A stretch of DNA of 18,662 nt from an uncultured archaeon (GTDB taxonomy: Archaea; Asgardarchaeota; Heimdallarchaeia; Heimdallarchaeales; Heimdallarchaeaceae): the NCBI GenBank assembly GCA_964549075.1, contig CAZJUB010000051.1:1-18662 (forward strand), given 5' to 3'. A model generated the notes under the pieces. The model searched no databases and was not told the origin of the DNA. It saw only the letters and a list, made by a program, of their open reading frames with translations. Positions 1 through 9,165 of this stretch are shown here, one piece after another. The translations under genes were made by a program, and so were the position numbers. Numbering within the stretch: the stretch's first letter is position 1; every line of letters starts with the position of its first letter.

Positions 1-32
1 ATTTTGATTGTTTTATGCTGAGTTTTTATTTC

Positions 33-2513
33 CTAAGTTATTCCAGTTTGTCTTAACTCATCAGCTAGATTCATCTTCTTAATTTTACGTAACATTCTTG
101 CTGTAGCTAACCATAATGTGAATAGAGAGATAAGAAAAACAAATGGCCAAGTAAACCAAGGAATTGTAGTTGGGATATAAAATCTACCTCCAGTAATATA
201 CCCCATTGTCCACCAAAATGTTAGATAAGCAATTGGGATGGTGAGAATAAGACTAACAAAATTGAGAATAGCGTTCTCCCAAAAGATCATTCTCCGTATA
301 TATTTTTTCTTTGTTCCTGTTGCTTTGAAAGCCAGAAAATCTTGCTGTCTATCCATAAAAGTGACATACATAGATTGAAAACTGAAAAGTACACCAATTA
401 GTATTCCTACTCCTAGGAAGATAATCATTATTCCCAAGAATGCTTCCATCATAGCTAATGATGCTTTACGAGCTGTATCTGATTCAATCCAAAATGAAAC
501 ATTGAAATAATTTTCAAATGTATCTTTTAGTGTTTTTAGATCTGTATTCTTATCTACAGTAAACATTATCCCGTTTACTCTATTTGGTAACAATCCGAAA
601 TAAAAACTAGCTCCACTATCTTGTAAAGCTTCATATGTCCATAATACTGAATAATCAATGAATTCACCTACTAATCCTACTATCTCGACTGTATAGTTAG
701 CTAAGATTCCTACCTCTATTTGGTCATCTAACTTCAAATCATATTTACTAGCAATAGAATTCCCAAGGAGAATACTAGTATTTGTTAAATCTGATTTCCT
801 ATCTAAATTGCCTTTAATTACATTAAAAGACCTCAACGTTGAATTTTCTTGATAACAAGCAAGTTCCGTCCAACTCAATAATTCTCCATTAGATATTATT
901 TTTGTATATACATCTACAAAAATCTCATGATGATTGATTTTTTGAAAAGTTTCTATACTCTCATTGTTTAGAATTTTGTTAATGTATGTCACAGGATACT
1001 GATTTTCTAAAATTACTTGAACATCGTACGTATTATACTCATCAAAATTCAATGTCATTACATGAAAGATGTTGTAAACCATTGCTAATGAGTTGATGAG
1101 AAAAATCATCGATGTTATCAAGGCAAGAATTGTTATCAAACTCTTTTTCTTCTTAAGAAACACTTCTCTAAGTGGAACTAACATGTATATCGATTTAAAA
1201 CCAGGAATCCAACCAAATATTCTTTCTGCTAAAGTTTTATTAGCTTTCTTAATTCGAGTAAATGTAGCTGTCATCGCTTCACGAGGAGTGACTGTAGTTA
1301 TAGTCCATGCGCTTAATATTGCGCAAATAACACATACTCCGAGTGTTATAACACCCGCATAAACAAATTCATCTGTTGGCAACGAGAGATCCAGTTGGTG
1401 AAAACCATACAGCTGTCCAGTCACCAGATATGCCATACCTATTGCCAAACCATAAGCAAGAGGGATGCCAAAAATGATTCCTAGAAGCGTAAGAATTAGC
1501 GTGATATTAATGTAATGAAGGAGAATTTTTCTCTTAGGGGAACCCATCGCTAAGAATAAGCCGATGTTTTTTCTCTGTGAATATATCATCTTGTTTAACG
1601 TATTAAAAATAATTACAATACATATAATAAGACCAATAATGCCAAAAACAGTACCCATCTTATCTAAAGATCCAGCATCTCCAAGGAAAAAGGTATATTC
1701 ATCAGATTCGTCATAAATCACAAATTTCATGGAACTAGCTATGATATTTTGGCTACCAAAATAATAAGATAATGAATCAGCAGCAGCTAATATTTGATTC
1801 TTGTTAAGTTTATCTTCAACACTAAATAAGACTTGATTAACAAGAGAACTTCCATTATAAATATAATCTTGAGCATATTCTAGATTGATCCATATTGCTG
1901 CTAAATTACCTAATAGAGGCATTTTAGAAGCTGGATCCACCATGTAGGTATAGTAAGAATCTTGTGCAATTCCTTGAATAGTAAGGTTCAATTGCATATT
2001 TGGAAATTTTACCTCCATTTGATCCCCTAATTTTACATCATGACCAAACAAACCACCAGCAAAGTGGGTATCTAAAAGACAACTGGAGTTAGATTCAAAA
2101 ATCTGGCTAGTATTAGTTATTCCTTCTGCTTGTTGTTCGATAACAAGTTGGTTAATCTCATTAGGATAATTTATCCCCAAAACAACAGATTGGAAGATTT
2201 CACCTTTGAACACAACCTCCGTAAAATACAGAATTCTACCTTCTATAAAGCTAATATTATTTTCTTCCATAAACGATAGATTATTGCTTATTTCAGTAAC
2301 ATTATTTGCTTCTATAGGTTCAGAAAAAGAAAAAGTCCCGTCAGCTACATTATAGTGAGTCAGATTCAGTTCATATGTGTTGAATAAGACAGGATACCCA
2401 GCTCTTAAACCTGCTAGAAGACCAATTGTAAATGCAACAACCGTAATAATTGAAATAGAGCGAAATTTATGAGTCCAAATCTCTCTGAATGTTTTCTTGG
2501 ATAGAATTTTCAT
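33..2513 (-). CDS. ABC transporter permease, FtsX/MacB-like, with duplicated (1 TM + extracellular domain + 3 TM) architecture
   Basis: 826-aa ORF. It has an N-terminal TM, a large extracellular domain, then the FtsX motif 'SQRKNIGLFLAMGSPKRKI' with 3 TMs. The second half repeats this ('DRQQDFLAFKATGTKKKYI') and ends 'KKMNLADELR'. It lies 4 nt downstream of an ABC ATPase. Confidence 0.9.
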   Translation of the reverse strand: MKILSKKTFREIWTHKFRSISIITVVAFTIGLLAGLRAGYPVLFNTYELNLTHYNVADGTFSFSEPIEANNVTEISNNLSFMEENNISFIEGRILYFTEVVFKGEIFQSVVLGINYPNEINQLVIEQQAEGITNTSQIFESNSSCLLDTHFAGGLFGHDVKLGDQMEVKFPNMQLNLTIQGIAQDSYYTYMVDPASKMPLLGNLAAIWINLEYAQDYIYNGSSLVNQVLFSVEDKLNKNQILAAADSLSYYFGSQNIIASSMKFVIYDESDEYTFFLGDAGSLDKMGTVFGIIGLIICIVIIFNTLNKMIYSQRKNIGLFLAMGSPKRKILLHYINITLILTLLGIIFGIPLAYGLAIGMAYLVTGQLYGFHQLDLSLPTDEFVYAGVITLGVCVICAILSAWTITTVTPREAMTATFTRIKKANKTLAERIFGWIPGFKSIYMLVPLREVFLKKKKSLITILALITSMIFLINSLAMVYNIFHVMTLNFDEYNTYDVQVILENQYPVTYINKILNNESIETFQKINHHEIFVDVYTKIISNGELLSWTELACYQENSTLRSFNVIKGNLDRKSDLTNTSILLGNSIASKYDLKLDDQIEVGILANYTVEIVGLVGEFIDYSVLWTYEALQDSGASFYFGLLPNRVNGIMFTVDKNTDLKTLKDTFENYFNVSFWIESDTARKASLAMMEAFLGIMIIFLGVGILIGVLFSFQSMYVTFMDRQQDFLAFKATGTKKKYIRRMIFWENAILNFVSLILTIPIAYLTFWWTMGYITGGRFYIPTTIPWFTWPFVFLISLFTLWLATARMLRKIKKMNLADELRQTGIT

Positions 2514-2517
2514 TGAG

Positions 2518-3252
2518 CTAGCCTCTCACTTTCTTTAAATGGATGTTATTAGGATCTATATTATCCTCTATCTTTTCGATTTTTCCCATTTGAAGATGAA
2601 AAACTCTGTCTGCAAATTGAGTAATACTAATGTCATGAGAAACTACGATGAGAGTTGTACCCTCCTTTTTATTTAACTCTTTAAGTAATTCAGCAATTTT
2701 CTGACCAGTAACATAGTCAAGATTTCCTGTTGGTTCATCAGCTACGATAAGTTTAGGTTTTTTTACTAATGCTCTTGCAATAGCTACTCTCTGTTGCTCC
2801 CCGCCAGATAACTGACTAGGAAATCGAAGTTCTTTCCCTTCTAATCCTACCTCTTTTAACAAATCATAAGATCTCGATTTAATTTCATTCTTGTCTCTTA
2901 TTCCTTGGAACTCAAGAGCTAAACCTACATTTTCCCATGCTCGTAAACTCGCGACAATATTAAAAAATTGAAAAACCCAACCAACTGTGTTACGTCTATA
3001 ATCATTCAGCTGATCTTTAGTGTACTCACTTATATTTTCTCCATCGACTACAACTTTTCCTTCAGTTGGATAGTCTATTCCCCCTATCATATTCAATAAG
3101 GTTGTTTTCCCTGCTCCAGAAGGACCTAGAACGCAAGCAAATTCCCCTTTGTATACATCTAAATCAACACCATTTAATGCATAAACTTCTGTTTCACCAA
3201 ACTCAAATGTTCGTACCAAATTTTGAGTATGAACGAGTATCTTTTCGCTCAT
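2518..3252 (-). CDS. ABC transporter ATP-binding protein, LolD/MacB/SalX family
   Basis: Walker A GPSGAGKT, Q-loop VFQFFN, signature LSGGEQQRVAIARAL, Walker B/D-loop IVADEPTGNLD, H-switch VSHD. GGTGA RBS 4 nt upstream of the ATG. Confidence 0.96.
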   Translation of the reverse strand: MSEKILVHTQNLVRTFEFGETEVYALNGVDLDVYKGEFACVLGPSGAGKTTLLNMIGGIDYPTEGKVVVDGENISEYTKDQLNDYRRNTVGWVFQFFNIVASLRAWENVGLALEFQGIRDKNEIKSRSYDLLKEVGLEGKELRFPSQLSGGEQQRVAIARALVKKPKLIVADEPTGNLDYVTGQKIAELLKELNKKEGTTLIVVSHDISITQFADRVFHLQMGKIEKIEDNIDPNNIHLKKVRG

Positions 3253-3394
3253 AGAATCACCATACTAAATAGAAATCCTTACTATAATAAATAAATCATA
3301 CTCTTAGGAAAGATGGTTTATTCTTCAAATAACTTAGAAGTTATAAAAATAAAAAAAGAATAAGCAAACATCTAAATTTTCAATAATAAATTGA

Positions 3395-4246
3395 TTATTC
3401 GTTTAATGCTCGCTGTAGTTTCTCTAAATCTGGTCTTCTTTTATATAGTGGTTGTTTTTTTGTTTCATATTCACTAATTTCTTCCTCAAGAATTCCTTTC
3501 GATGAATTGGTAAAAATTACACCTAGTGCAAATTTCTCTTTCTCATTTGCTTTTTTAAATGCATTGAACTTATCATTTGGATCGTAATTTTCACCTACAT
3601 AGTACGAATGTTTTTTGAACCATGAGAAAGTATTAACCTTATTAAAAGAAACACAAGGTTGTAAGATCTCGACAAGAGAAAATCCCTTATTTGAAATGGC
3701 TTTTTTTAGAATATTCTTTGTTTCTTCTACATCTCCAGAAAACGCTCTTGCAGCAAAAGATACATCTAAAGAGATAGCTGTTGCAATAGCATTAAATGGT
3801 GGTTCATATACTCCTTCTGTCTGGACGGGATTTTTAAATCCTATTTGGCTTGTAGGAGAACCTTGTCCTTTAGTCAAACCATAAACCATGTTGTTATGGA
3901 TTACTAGTGTAATATTAGGATTCTTTCTAACTGCATGTAAAAAGTGATTTCCTCCTTCTCCATAACCGTCTCCATCTCCAGAATGAACAATAACAGTGAG
4001 TTCTGGATTAGATAAGTGGATACCAGTCGCTACAGGTAAAGCTCGACCATGTAATCCGTTGAAATAACTAGTTTTAACATATTGTGGAAGTTTGGCTGCT
4101 TGTCCTATCCCTGACACCAAACAGAGTTTTTCTGGATCAACATTATTCTCCTCCAAAGCAAGTTTTAAGGATTTTAAGATGTCAAAGTTCCCACATCCAG
4201 GACACCAAGCAATATCGGTATCAAAATCAAATCTAGATTTAGTCAT
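3395..4246 (-). CDS. 2-oxoacid:ferredoxin oxidoreductase beta subunit (TPP- and 4Fe-4S-binding; KorB/PorB family)
   Basis: N-terminal WCPGCG, LHGR, TPP motif GDGD...EGGNH...NN, YGLTKGQ.SPT, and QPC. Overlaps the alpha stop by 8 nt (ATGACTAA) with an AAGGAGG RBS at 4254-4260. Substrate specificity cannot be read from the sequence. Confidence 0.95.
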   Translation of the reverse strand: MTKSRFDFDTDIAWCPGCGNFDILKSLKLALEENNVDPEKLCLVSGIGQAAKLPQYVKTSYFNGLHGRALPVATGIHLSNPELTVIVHSGDGDGYGEGGNHFLHAVRKNPNITLVIHNNMVYGLTKGQGSPTSQIGFKNPVQTEGVYEPPFNAIATAISLDVSFAARAFSGDVEETKNILKKAISNKGFSLVEILQPCVSFNKVNTFSWFKKHSYYVGENYDPNDKFNAFKKANEKEKFALGVIFTNSSKGILEEEISEYETKKQPLYKRRPDLEKLQRALNE

Positions 4247-5984
4247 GTTTTTTCCTCCTTTCGATAATCTCTTTTATCCTCGTTTCTACCTCTTCAACAG
4301 CAAATGGTAATCCATTATATTTCAATATCCTATGATCGATCTTCTTACAAATCTCTTGTTGGATTAAGTTACTAAATTGACCAGTTACATTGTTTTCAAT
4401 TACTATAGTAAAATCAGCTTTGGAGATGTATTCATCAATTATTGGATGTAGAGGATAAATTTGTTTGAAATGTAAAAATCCAAGTTGCTCGTTTTTCAGA
4501 TTTTCTACAGCTTCAGCAATTATACTAAAAGTTGATCCCCAGCCAATAATCAATCCTTTGTATTCCTTTTTTCCAGTAAACACTGGAGGTATAATATTTT
4601 CTTTAAGCAAATTTAGTTTGTTTAACCTCTTCTGCACCATTTGTATTCGAACATCATGATCTTCAGTGATTCTACCATTTTCATAGTGTTCATCACTATC
4701 TGCTGCAACAAATCCCTTTCCATATCCTGGGATTCCTCTAGGTGAAATCCCATCCTCTGTTAACTCATATCTCTTATAATTCTCATCAGTTTCGATGATA
4801 TGATACTCATTTTTGAATTTCTTCAAATCTAGTTCCTTAAGATTGTAGAAGGAGTCTACATAATATTGATCTGTCAGAATAATGACTGGTACTTGAAATT
4901 TGTCTGCTAAATTAAATGCTTGTTGAGACAGTTCAATTCCTTCTTCAATGGTTCCTGGTGCTAACATTATTCTTGGAAAATCACCATGACCTGCATAGAG
5001 AACATGTTGAAGTTCTCCTTGTGAAGTTCTAGTTGGTAATCCTGTCGCTGGACCAGGACGTTGAGCTACATGAATAACGATGGGTGTTTCTGTCATACCT
5101 GCTAAACTAAGAGATTCATCCATTAAGGCAAATCCTCCTCCACTAGTGGTCACCATTGCTCTTGCACCTGCATACCACGCCCCTAATGACATGTTGATAG
5201 CAGAAATCTCATCTTCTGTTTGTTCAACAACTATTTCAAACTCTCTTGACATTTTGCTAAGATAAACTAATACACCTGTAGAAGGACTCATAGGATAACT
5301 AGCAATAAAATTACATCCTCCTGCTATTGCACCTAACCCAATAGCTTCTGAACCATTCAAAATTAAGTTGTGAGTCAAATCCTCTTCAGGTTGTATCTCT
5401 ACAACTATTGTCTCTTCCGCTTCTAGTTTATTTCCTATTTCATATCCTTTTTTGATGGCTTTAATATTGTTCTCAATTATTTCTTGTGATTTCTTTTGAA
5501 AGTGTTGTTTAATAACTTCAATCACTAAATCTTGTTCAATATCTAAAATTCCTACTAACATACCCGTAGCAATGACGTTAAAGTAGATTTTACCTCCTAT
5601 TTCTTTCGCTATTTTAGTGAAAGGAACATTGACAAAATTATACCCTTTGAGGTCGTTTTCATCCATTATCTCTTTATCACCAATGATTACAGTACTATCA
5701 TTGATTCTTTTCAAGATGCTTTTACGTTTCATGACATCTTTGTGAATAGGTATTAGGATGTCAATTTGGTCAACAAAAGCTTGAATCCTTTTATGAGCTA
5801 CTCTGATCTCGGTAGAATTAATACCTCCTCTTACCCTACTCATAAATTCCTTGGCTGCGTAAATGTGATAATTTTTTCTTAGCGAATTCACTAAGATTTT
5901 TTGTAAGGTTTGAATACCCTGCCCTGCCTCACCTGCTAAAACTATCGATACTTCTTGGGTATGAAAATACTTGCTTTCTTCCAT
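4239..5984 (-). CDS. 2-oxoacid:acceptor oxidoreductase alpha subunit (fused gamma-alpha domains; KorA/PorA family)
   Basis: Gamma-domain GEAGQGI and SRVRGG, then NGSEAIGLGAIAGGC, YPMSP (variant of YPITP), EDEISA, TSGGGFALM, QRPGPATGLPT and DSDEH. Confidence 0.95.
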   Translation of the reverse strand: MEESKYFHTQEVSIVLAGEAGQGIQTLQKILVNSLRKNYHIYAAKEFMSRVRGGINSTEIRVAHKRIQAFVDQIDILIPIHKDVMKRKSILKRINDSTVIIGDKEIMDENDLKGYNFVNVPFTKIAKEIGGKIYFNVIATGMLVGILDIEQDLVIEVIKQHFQKKSQEIIENNIKAIKKGYEIGNKLEAEETIVVEIQPEEDLTHNLILNGSEAIGLGAIAGGCNFIASYPMSPSTGVLVYLSKMSREFEIVVEQTEDEISAINMSLGAWYAGARAMVTTSGGGFALMDESLSLAGMTETPIVIHVAQRPGPATGLPTRTSQGELQHVLYAGHGDFPRIMLAPGTIEEGIELSQQAFNLADKFQVPVIILTDQYYVDSFYNLKELDLKKFKNEYHIIETDENYKRYELTEDGISPRGIPGYGKGFVAADSDEHYENGRITEDHDVRIQMVQKRLNKLNLLKENIIPPVFTGKKEYKGLIIGWGSTFSIIAEAVENLKNEQLGFLHFKQIYPLHPIIDEYISKADFTIVIENNVTGQFSNLIQQEICKKIDHRILKYNGLPFAVEEVETRIKEIIERRKKHD

Positions 5985-6118
5985 AAGTAGAAAACGAGAG
6001 ATAATTGAAAAATTTTGTTATTTCTAAGAATTAAATCATTCTTGCTAAATTCCTTGGTTTGTTCTAAATTCATATTGAAAATTTTAAAAACATACTATTG
6101 AAGAACAACTTGAGTATA

Positions 6119-7303
6119 ATGGTTCATATAACTAGACTCTTTGGTACACCTTGGTGTTCAGACTGTAAAGTATCTAAAACTTTTCTTGCAGAGCACAGAA
6201 TAAGCTATGATTATGTTGATATTACAGAAGATGAAGAGGCAGCTTTGTTGGTTGAAAAGATCAATAATGGTAAAAGGATGGTTCCTACTATCGAGTTCTC
6301 TGATGGAACTTATTTAGTCGAACCTTCTAATGCTGAACTTGCAAATAAACTAAGATTGATTATCAAACCGTTAAAAAACTCCTATGATGTCTTAATTATT
6401 GGTAGTGGTCCAGCTGGTTTAACTTGTGGGATTTATACTGCTAGAGAAGGTTACGAAGTAGTTATTGTTGAAAAAGGTGCAGTAGGGGGAAGGATGAATT
6501 TCACAGAAAGAATAGAAAATTATCCAGGTTTTCCTGAAGGAATAGATGGAATAGATCTAGCTAGAAAATTTGCTGCACAAGCTGAGAGATTTGGTGTTGA
6601 AATACTCAAAGCAACTAAAGTTTTCTCGATAGAAAAGATAGATGAAGGATTTTCAGTAACAACCTCACAGAACGATGTTATTCATGTTAAAACAATTCTT
6701 ATTGCAACAGGAAGCGATTATAAAACATTAAATATTAAAGGAGAAGCTGATTTACTAGGATATAAGATTCATTATTGTGCTGTATGTGACGGTCCTTTCT
6801 ATACAGGAAAAAAAGTGTTAGTTATCGGAGGGGGAAATTCTGCTCTGGAAGAATCATTATTCTTAGCTAGATTTGCTTCAGAAGTTATGATCACAGAAAT
6901 TCTTGACAATTTAACAGCTTCTAAGGTAATACAAGAACAAGTAGCTGCAAAATCTAAAATCAAGATCTTTACTAGTTACGAAATAAAAGAATTTTTGGTA
7001 GGGGAAAAGAAAGAACTAAACGGAGTTAGATTCTATGATAGAAAGAATAACAAGGAAATAATTCTCTATCCTGATGGTGTTTTTATGTTAGTAGGTCTTA
7101 AACCAAATACGAAGATAGTTGAAAAGCTTGTAGAGTTGAGTGAAACAAGAGCAATAAAAACCGATGATAGAATGATGACAAGTGTTCCCGGTATTTTTGC
7201 AGCTGGGGATTGCAGATGTAAATCTACTAAACAAGTTGGTTCTGCAGTAGGAGAAGGCGTAATCGCAGCTTTAAGGATAAGTGATTATATCAAAAATCTT
7301 TAG
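6119..7303 (+). CDS. Fusion of an N-terminal mycoredoxin/NrdH-like glutaredoxin domain and a thioredoxin-disulfide reductase (TrxB/AhpF-type flavoprotein)
   Basis: N-domain WCSDC...YDYVDI.EDEEAA..V.KINNGKRMVPTIEFSDG..L.EPS. Reductase motifs GSGPAG, IENYPGF, ATG, CAVCDG (redox CxxC), GGGNSA and TSVPGIFAAGD. ATG 6119 is preferred over TTG 6098. Confidence 0.92.
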   Translation: MVHITRLFGTPWCSDCKVSKTFLAEHRISYDYVDITEDEEAALLVEKINNGKRMVPTIEFSDGTYLVEPSNAELANKLRLIIKPLKNSYDVLIIGSGPAGLTCGIYTAREGYEVVIVEKGAVGGRMNFTERIENYPGFPEGIDGIDLARKFAAQAERFGVEILKATKVFSIEKIDEGFSVTTSQNDVIHVKTILIATGSDYKTLNIKGEADLLGYKIHYCAVCDGPFYTGKKVLVIGGGNSALEESLFLARFASEVMITEILDNLTASKVIQEQVAAKSKIKIFTSYEIKEFLVGEKKELNGVRFYDRKNNKEIILYPDGVFMLVGLKPNTKIVEKLVELSETRAIKTDDRMMTSVPGIFAAGDCRCKSTKQVGSAVGEGVIAALRISDYIKNL

Positions 7304-7355
7304 ACAATAATTGATAGAGGTTAAGTTTAATTAGAAGTAATGATTATTTTTGGTT

Positions 7356-8291
7356 ATGAAAATAGGATTACAAGTACCAAATTTTACCTTTCCTAGAGAG
7401 AAAGATTCTTTTGCTCAAGATATAAAAGATATAGCTATTCAAGCAGATGAAGCAGGATTCCAAAGTCTTTGGGTAATGGACCATTTCTTTCAAATAGGTA
7501 GCGAAGGAGGTCTACTTTTAGGCCCAGCAGAAGAAGATATGTATGAAGGCTATTCTGTGCTAAACTACTTGGCTGGTTTAACCAAAAACATCAAACTCGG
7601 AACAATGGTAACTGGGAATATTTACAGAAATCCTGGTGTACTGGTGAAAACTGTTACTTCATTGGATATTCTTTCTAAAGGTAGAGCATACCTAGGTATA
7701 GGTGCAGGTTGGTTTGAAAGAGAAGCTTTAGGATTTGGTATATCTTTTGATAATTGGAAAACAAGATTTGAGAAATTAGAGGAAACTTTGCAGATTATAC
7801 GCCTTATGTGGTCAGAAGAGAATGGCTTAGAATTTAATGGTAAACACTACCAAATGCAAGAAACACTGTGTCATCCTCAACCAATTCAAAGATATCCTCC
7901 AATATTGATTGGAGGAATGGGACCTACAAAGACTCTTAGATTTGTAGCTAAATATGCGGATGCGTGCAATCTATTCATGGGTAGAGGTAAAGAAGCTCTA
8001 AAAGAGGCAGTTAAGAATCTTAAGAAACATTGTGAGAATGAAAATAGATCTTACGAAGAGATAGAAAAAACTAGTCTAGGAAGTGTTTTTTTGGATCAAC
8101 CTAATGTTCCAAATATGACCTCTTCAGGTAATAAGAATCTTAAAACTGTTGATGATATTATCGAGAACTTAAAATGGCAACATGAACTGGGAGTTGACCA
8201 AGCAATCTTTAACATGAAATACCCACTTGCAGATCAAGAACCATTAAAAATATTTAAAGAAGAAATAATTCCTGCGGTTTCAGATTGGTAA
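7356..8291 (+). CDS. LLM-class F420-dependent oxidoreductase (Rv1855c-like subfamily)
   Basis: AGFQSLWVMDHFFQI, LGTMVTGNIYRNPGVLVK.VTSLDILSKGRAYLGIGAGWFERE, PPILIGGMG..KTLRFVAKYADACNL. ATG 7356 is preferred over TTG 7350. Confidence 0.9.
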   Translation: MKIGLQVPNFTFPREKDSFAQDIKDIAIQADEAGFQSLWVMDHFFQIGSEGGLLLGPAEEDMYEGYSVLNYLAGLTKNIKLGTMVTGNIYRNPGVLVKTVTSLDILSKGRAYLGIGAGWFEREALGFGISFDNWKTRFEKLEETLQIIRLMWSEENGLEFNGKHYQMQETLCHPQPIQRYPPILIGGMGPTKTLRFVAKYADACNLFMGRGKEALKEAVKNLKKHCENENRSYEEIEKTSLGSVFLDQPNVPNMTSSGNKNLKTVDDIIENLKWQHELGVDQAIFNMKYPLADQEPLKIFKEEIIPAVSDW

Positions 8292-8303
8292 TTAAAACAG
8301 AAT

Positions 8304-8996
8304 TTATTTCATTTTCTTTTGAATTCTTCTCTGATCATCTTCTTTTAATTTATTGATACCATGGATTGAATCGCTCTCTACAGTAGAGAAGGGAAAACAG
8401 TTGAAATGATATAGTTCGGGATTTAGTACACTATCTTGACTCTCCATCTCACGTAATCTCAGTTCTTTATCTCTAATTTGCCTCTTACAGTTCTTACACA
8501 GGCCTCTACCGTGTGGTGCATAACCAACTATCCATTGCTTATTAGATTGAACTTTTACGAACTCTTTGCTAGATTTAGTTATTATTTTTTCGATGAATTG
8601 TTTGGGATTCTTACCTTCAAGAAGTTCTTCTGTAATTTGGAAAGAAAAACTTTCATTTTTAGAGTAATGAAATATTAACTCAACAGGTTTTTTCTCCTCT
8701 AATCCTTCTGCAACGGTTATTTTTGCAGGAATTTTGTTAGTCTTCAATATTATTTTACTACATCGTCTAGCTAAATATTTGGGAACTTCTCTTTTTGTAA
8801 TATAATTCAAACTCCCTTTAGAAACCAACCCGTATCTAGTAGCAATAACAGAACGACTTAAATCTTCTCGAAATTCTCTTTTTTGAACTATCACTATAGA
8901 TCTATCAGGTATATCGCCTTTTATCTCTTTAATTTCAAAGGTTTCAGGATCTATATAGTTTCCCCATTCATTAGGTTTACTCAGTCTGATTTTCAG
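8304..8996 (-). CDS. Protein with an unknown N-terminal region and a C-terminal PARP-type zinc finger (about 230 aa; probable CTG start)
   Basis: C-terminus WIVGYAPHGRGLCKNCKRQIRDKELRL...LYHFNCF...IHGINKLKEDDQRRIQK fits the zf-PARP pattern. The frame stays open upstream of GTG 8894 to an in-frame TGA at 9003-9005. CTG at 8996 sits 6 nt after GGTGA, and a TTTAAAAG TATA-like box lies at 9032-9039 (minus strand). Confidence 0.8.
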   Translation of the reverse strand: MKIRLSKPNEWGNYIDPETFEIKEIKGDIPDRSIVIVQKREFREDLSRSVIATRYGLVSKGSLNYITKREVPKYLARRCSKIILKTNKIPAKITVAEGLEEKKPVELIFHYSKNESFSFQITEELLEGKNPKQFIEKIITKSSKEFVKVQSNKQWIVGYAPHGRGLCKNCKRQIRDKELRLREMESQDSVLNPELYHFNCFPFSTVESDSIHGINKLKEDDQRRIQKKMK

Positions 8997-9150
8997 TGTG
9001 TGTCACCAGCGACGATTATTGACAACATTTACTTTTAAACATTTCATTTTGTGCTAAAAATACCTCAAAATTTGAATTAAAAATACAACGCTTAAACTTG
9101 AATAAAAGCTAATCAAAGAGCCTAAGGAAAGAGGTAATTTTTGATACCTA

Positions 9151-9165
9151 AAAAAAAGTTTATAA
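9151..9165 (+). promoter_or_regulatory. Putative archaeal BRE/TATA promoter for the acidic micro-protein transcript
   Basis: A-rich run followed by TTTATAA (9159-9165). This implies a start near 9188-9190 and a leader of about 85 nt. Confidence 0.45.

Noticed and set aside
6004-6085. Near-repeats ATTGAAAA(A)TTTT and CTAAATTC in the OFOR/reductase divergent promoter
   Set aside because: Very AT-rich and imperfect, so they cannot be distinguished from chance.
9003-9047. In-frame ATG 9047 ... TGA 9005-9003 upstream of the PARP-ZnF gene, suggesting selenocysteine or readthrough
   Set aside because: The TGA is part of the GGTGA RBS, the ATG lies upstream of the likely TATA box, the 14 added residues have no redox-motif context, and I saw no convincing SECIS.
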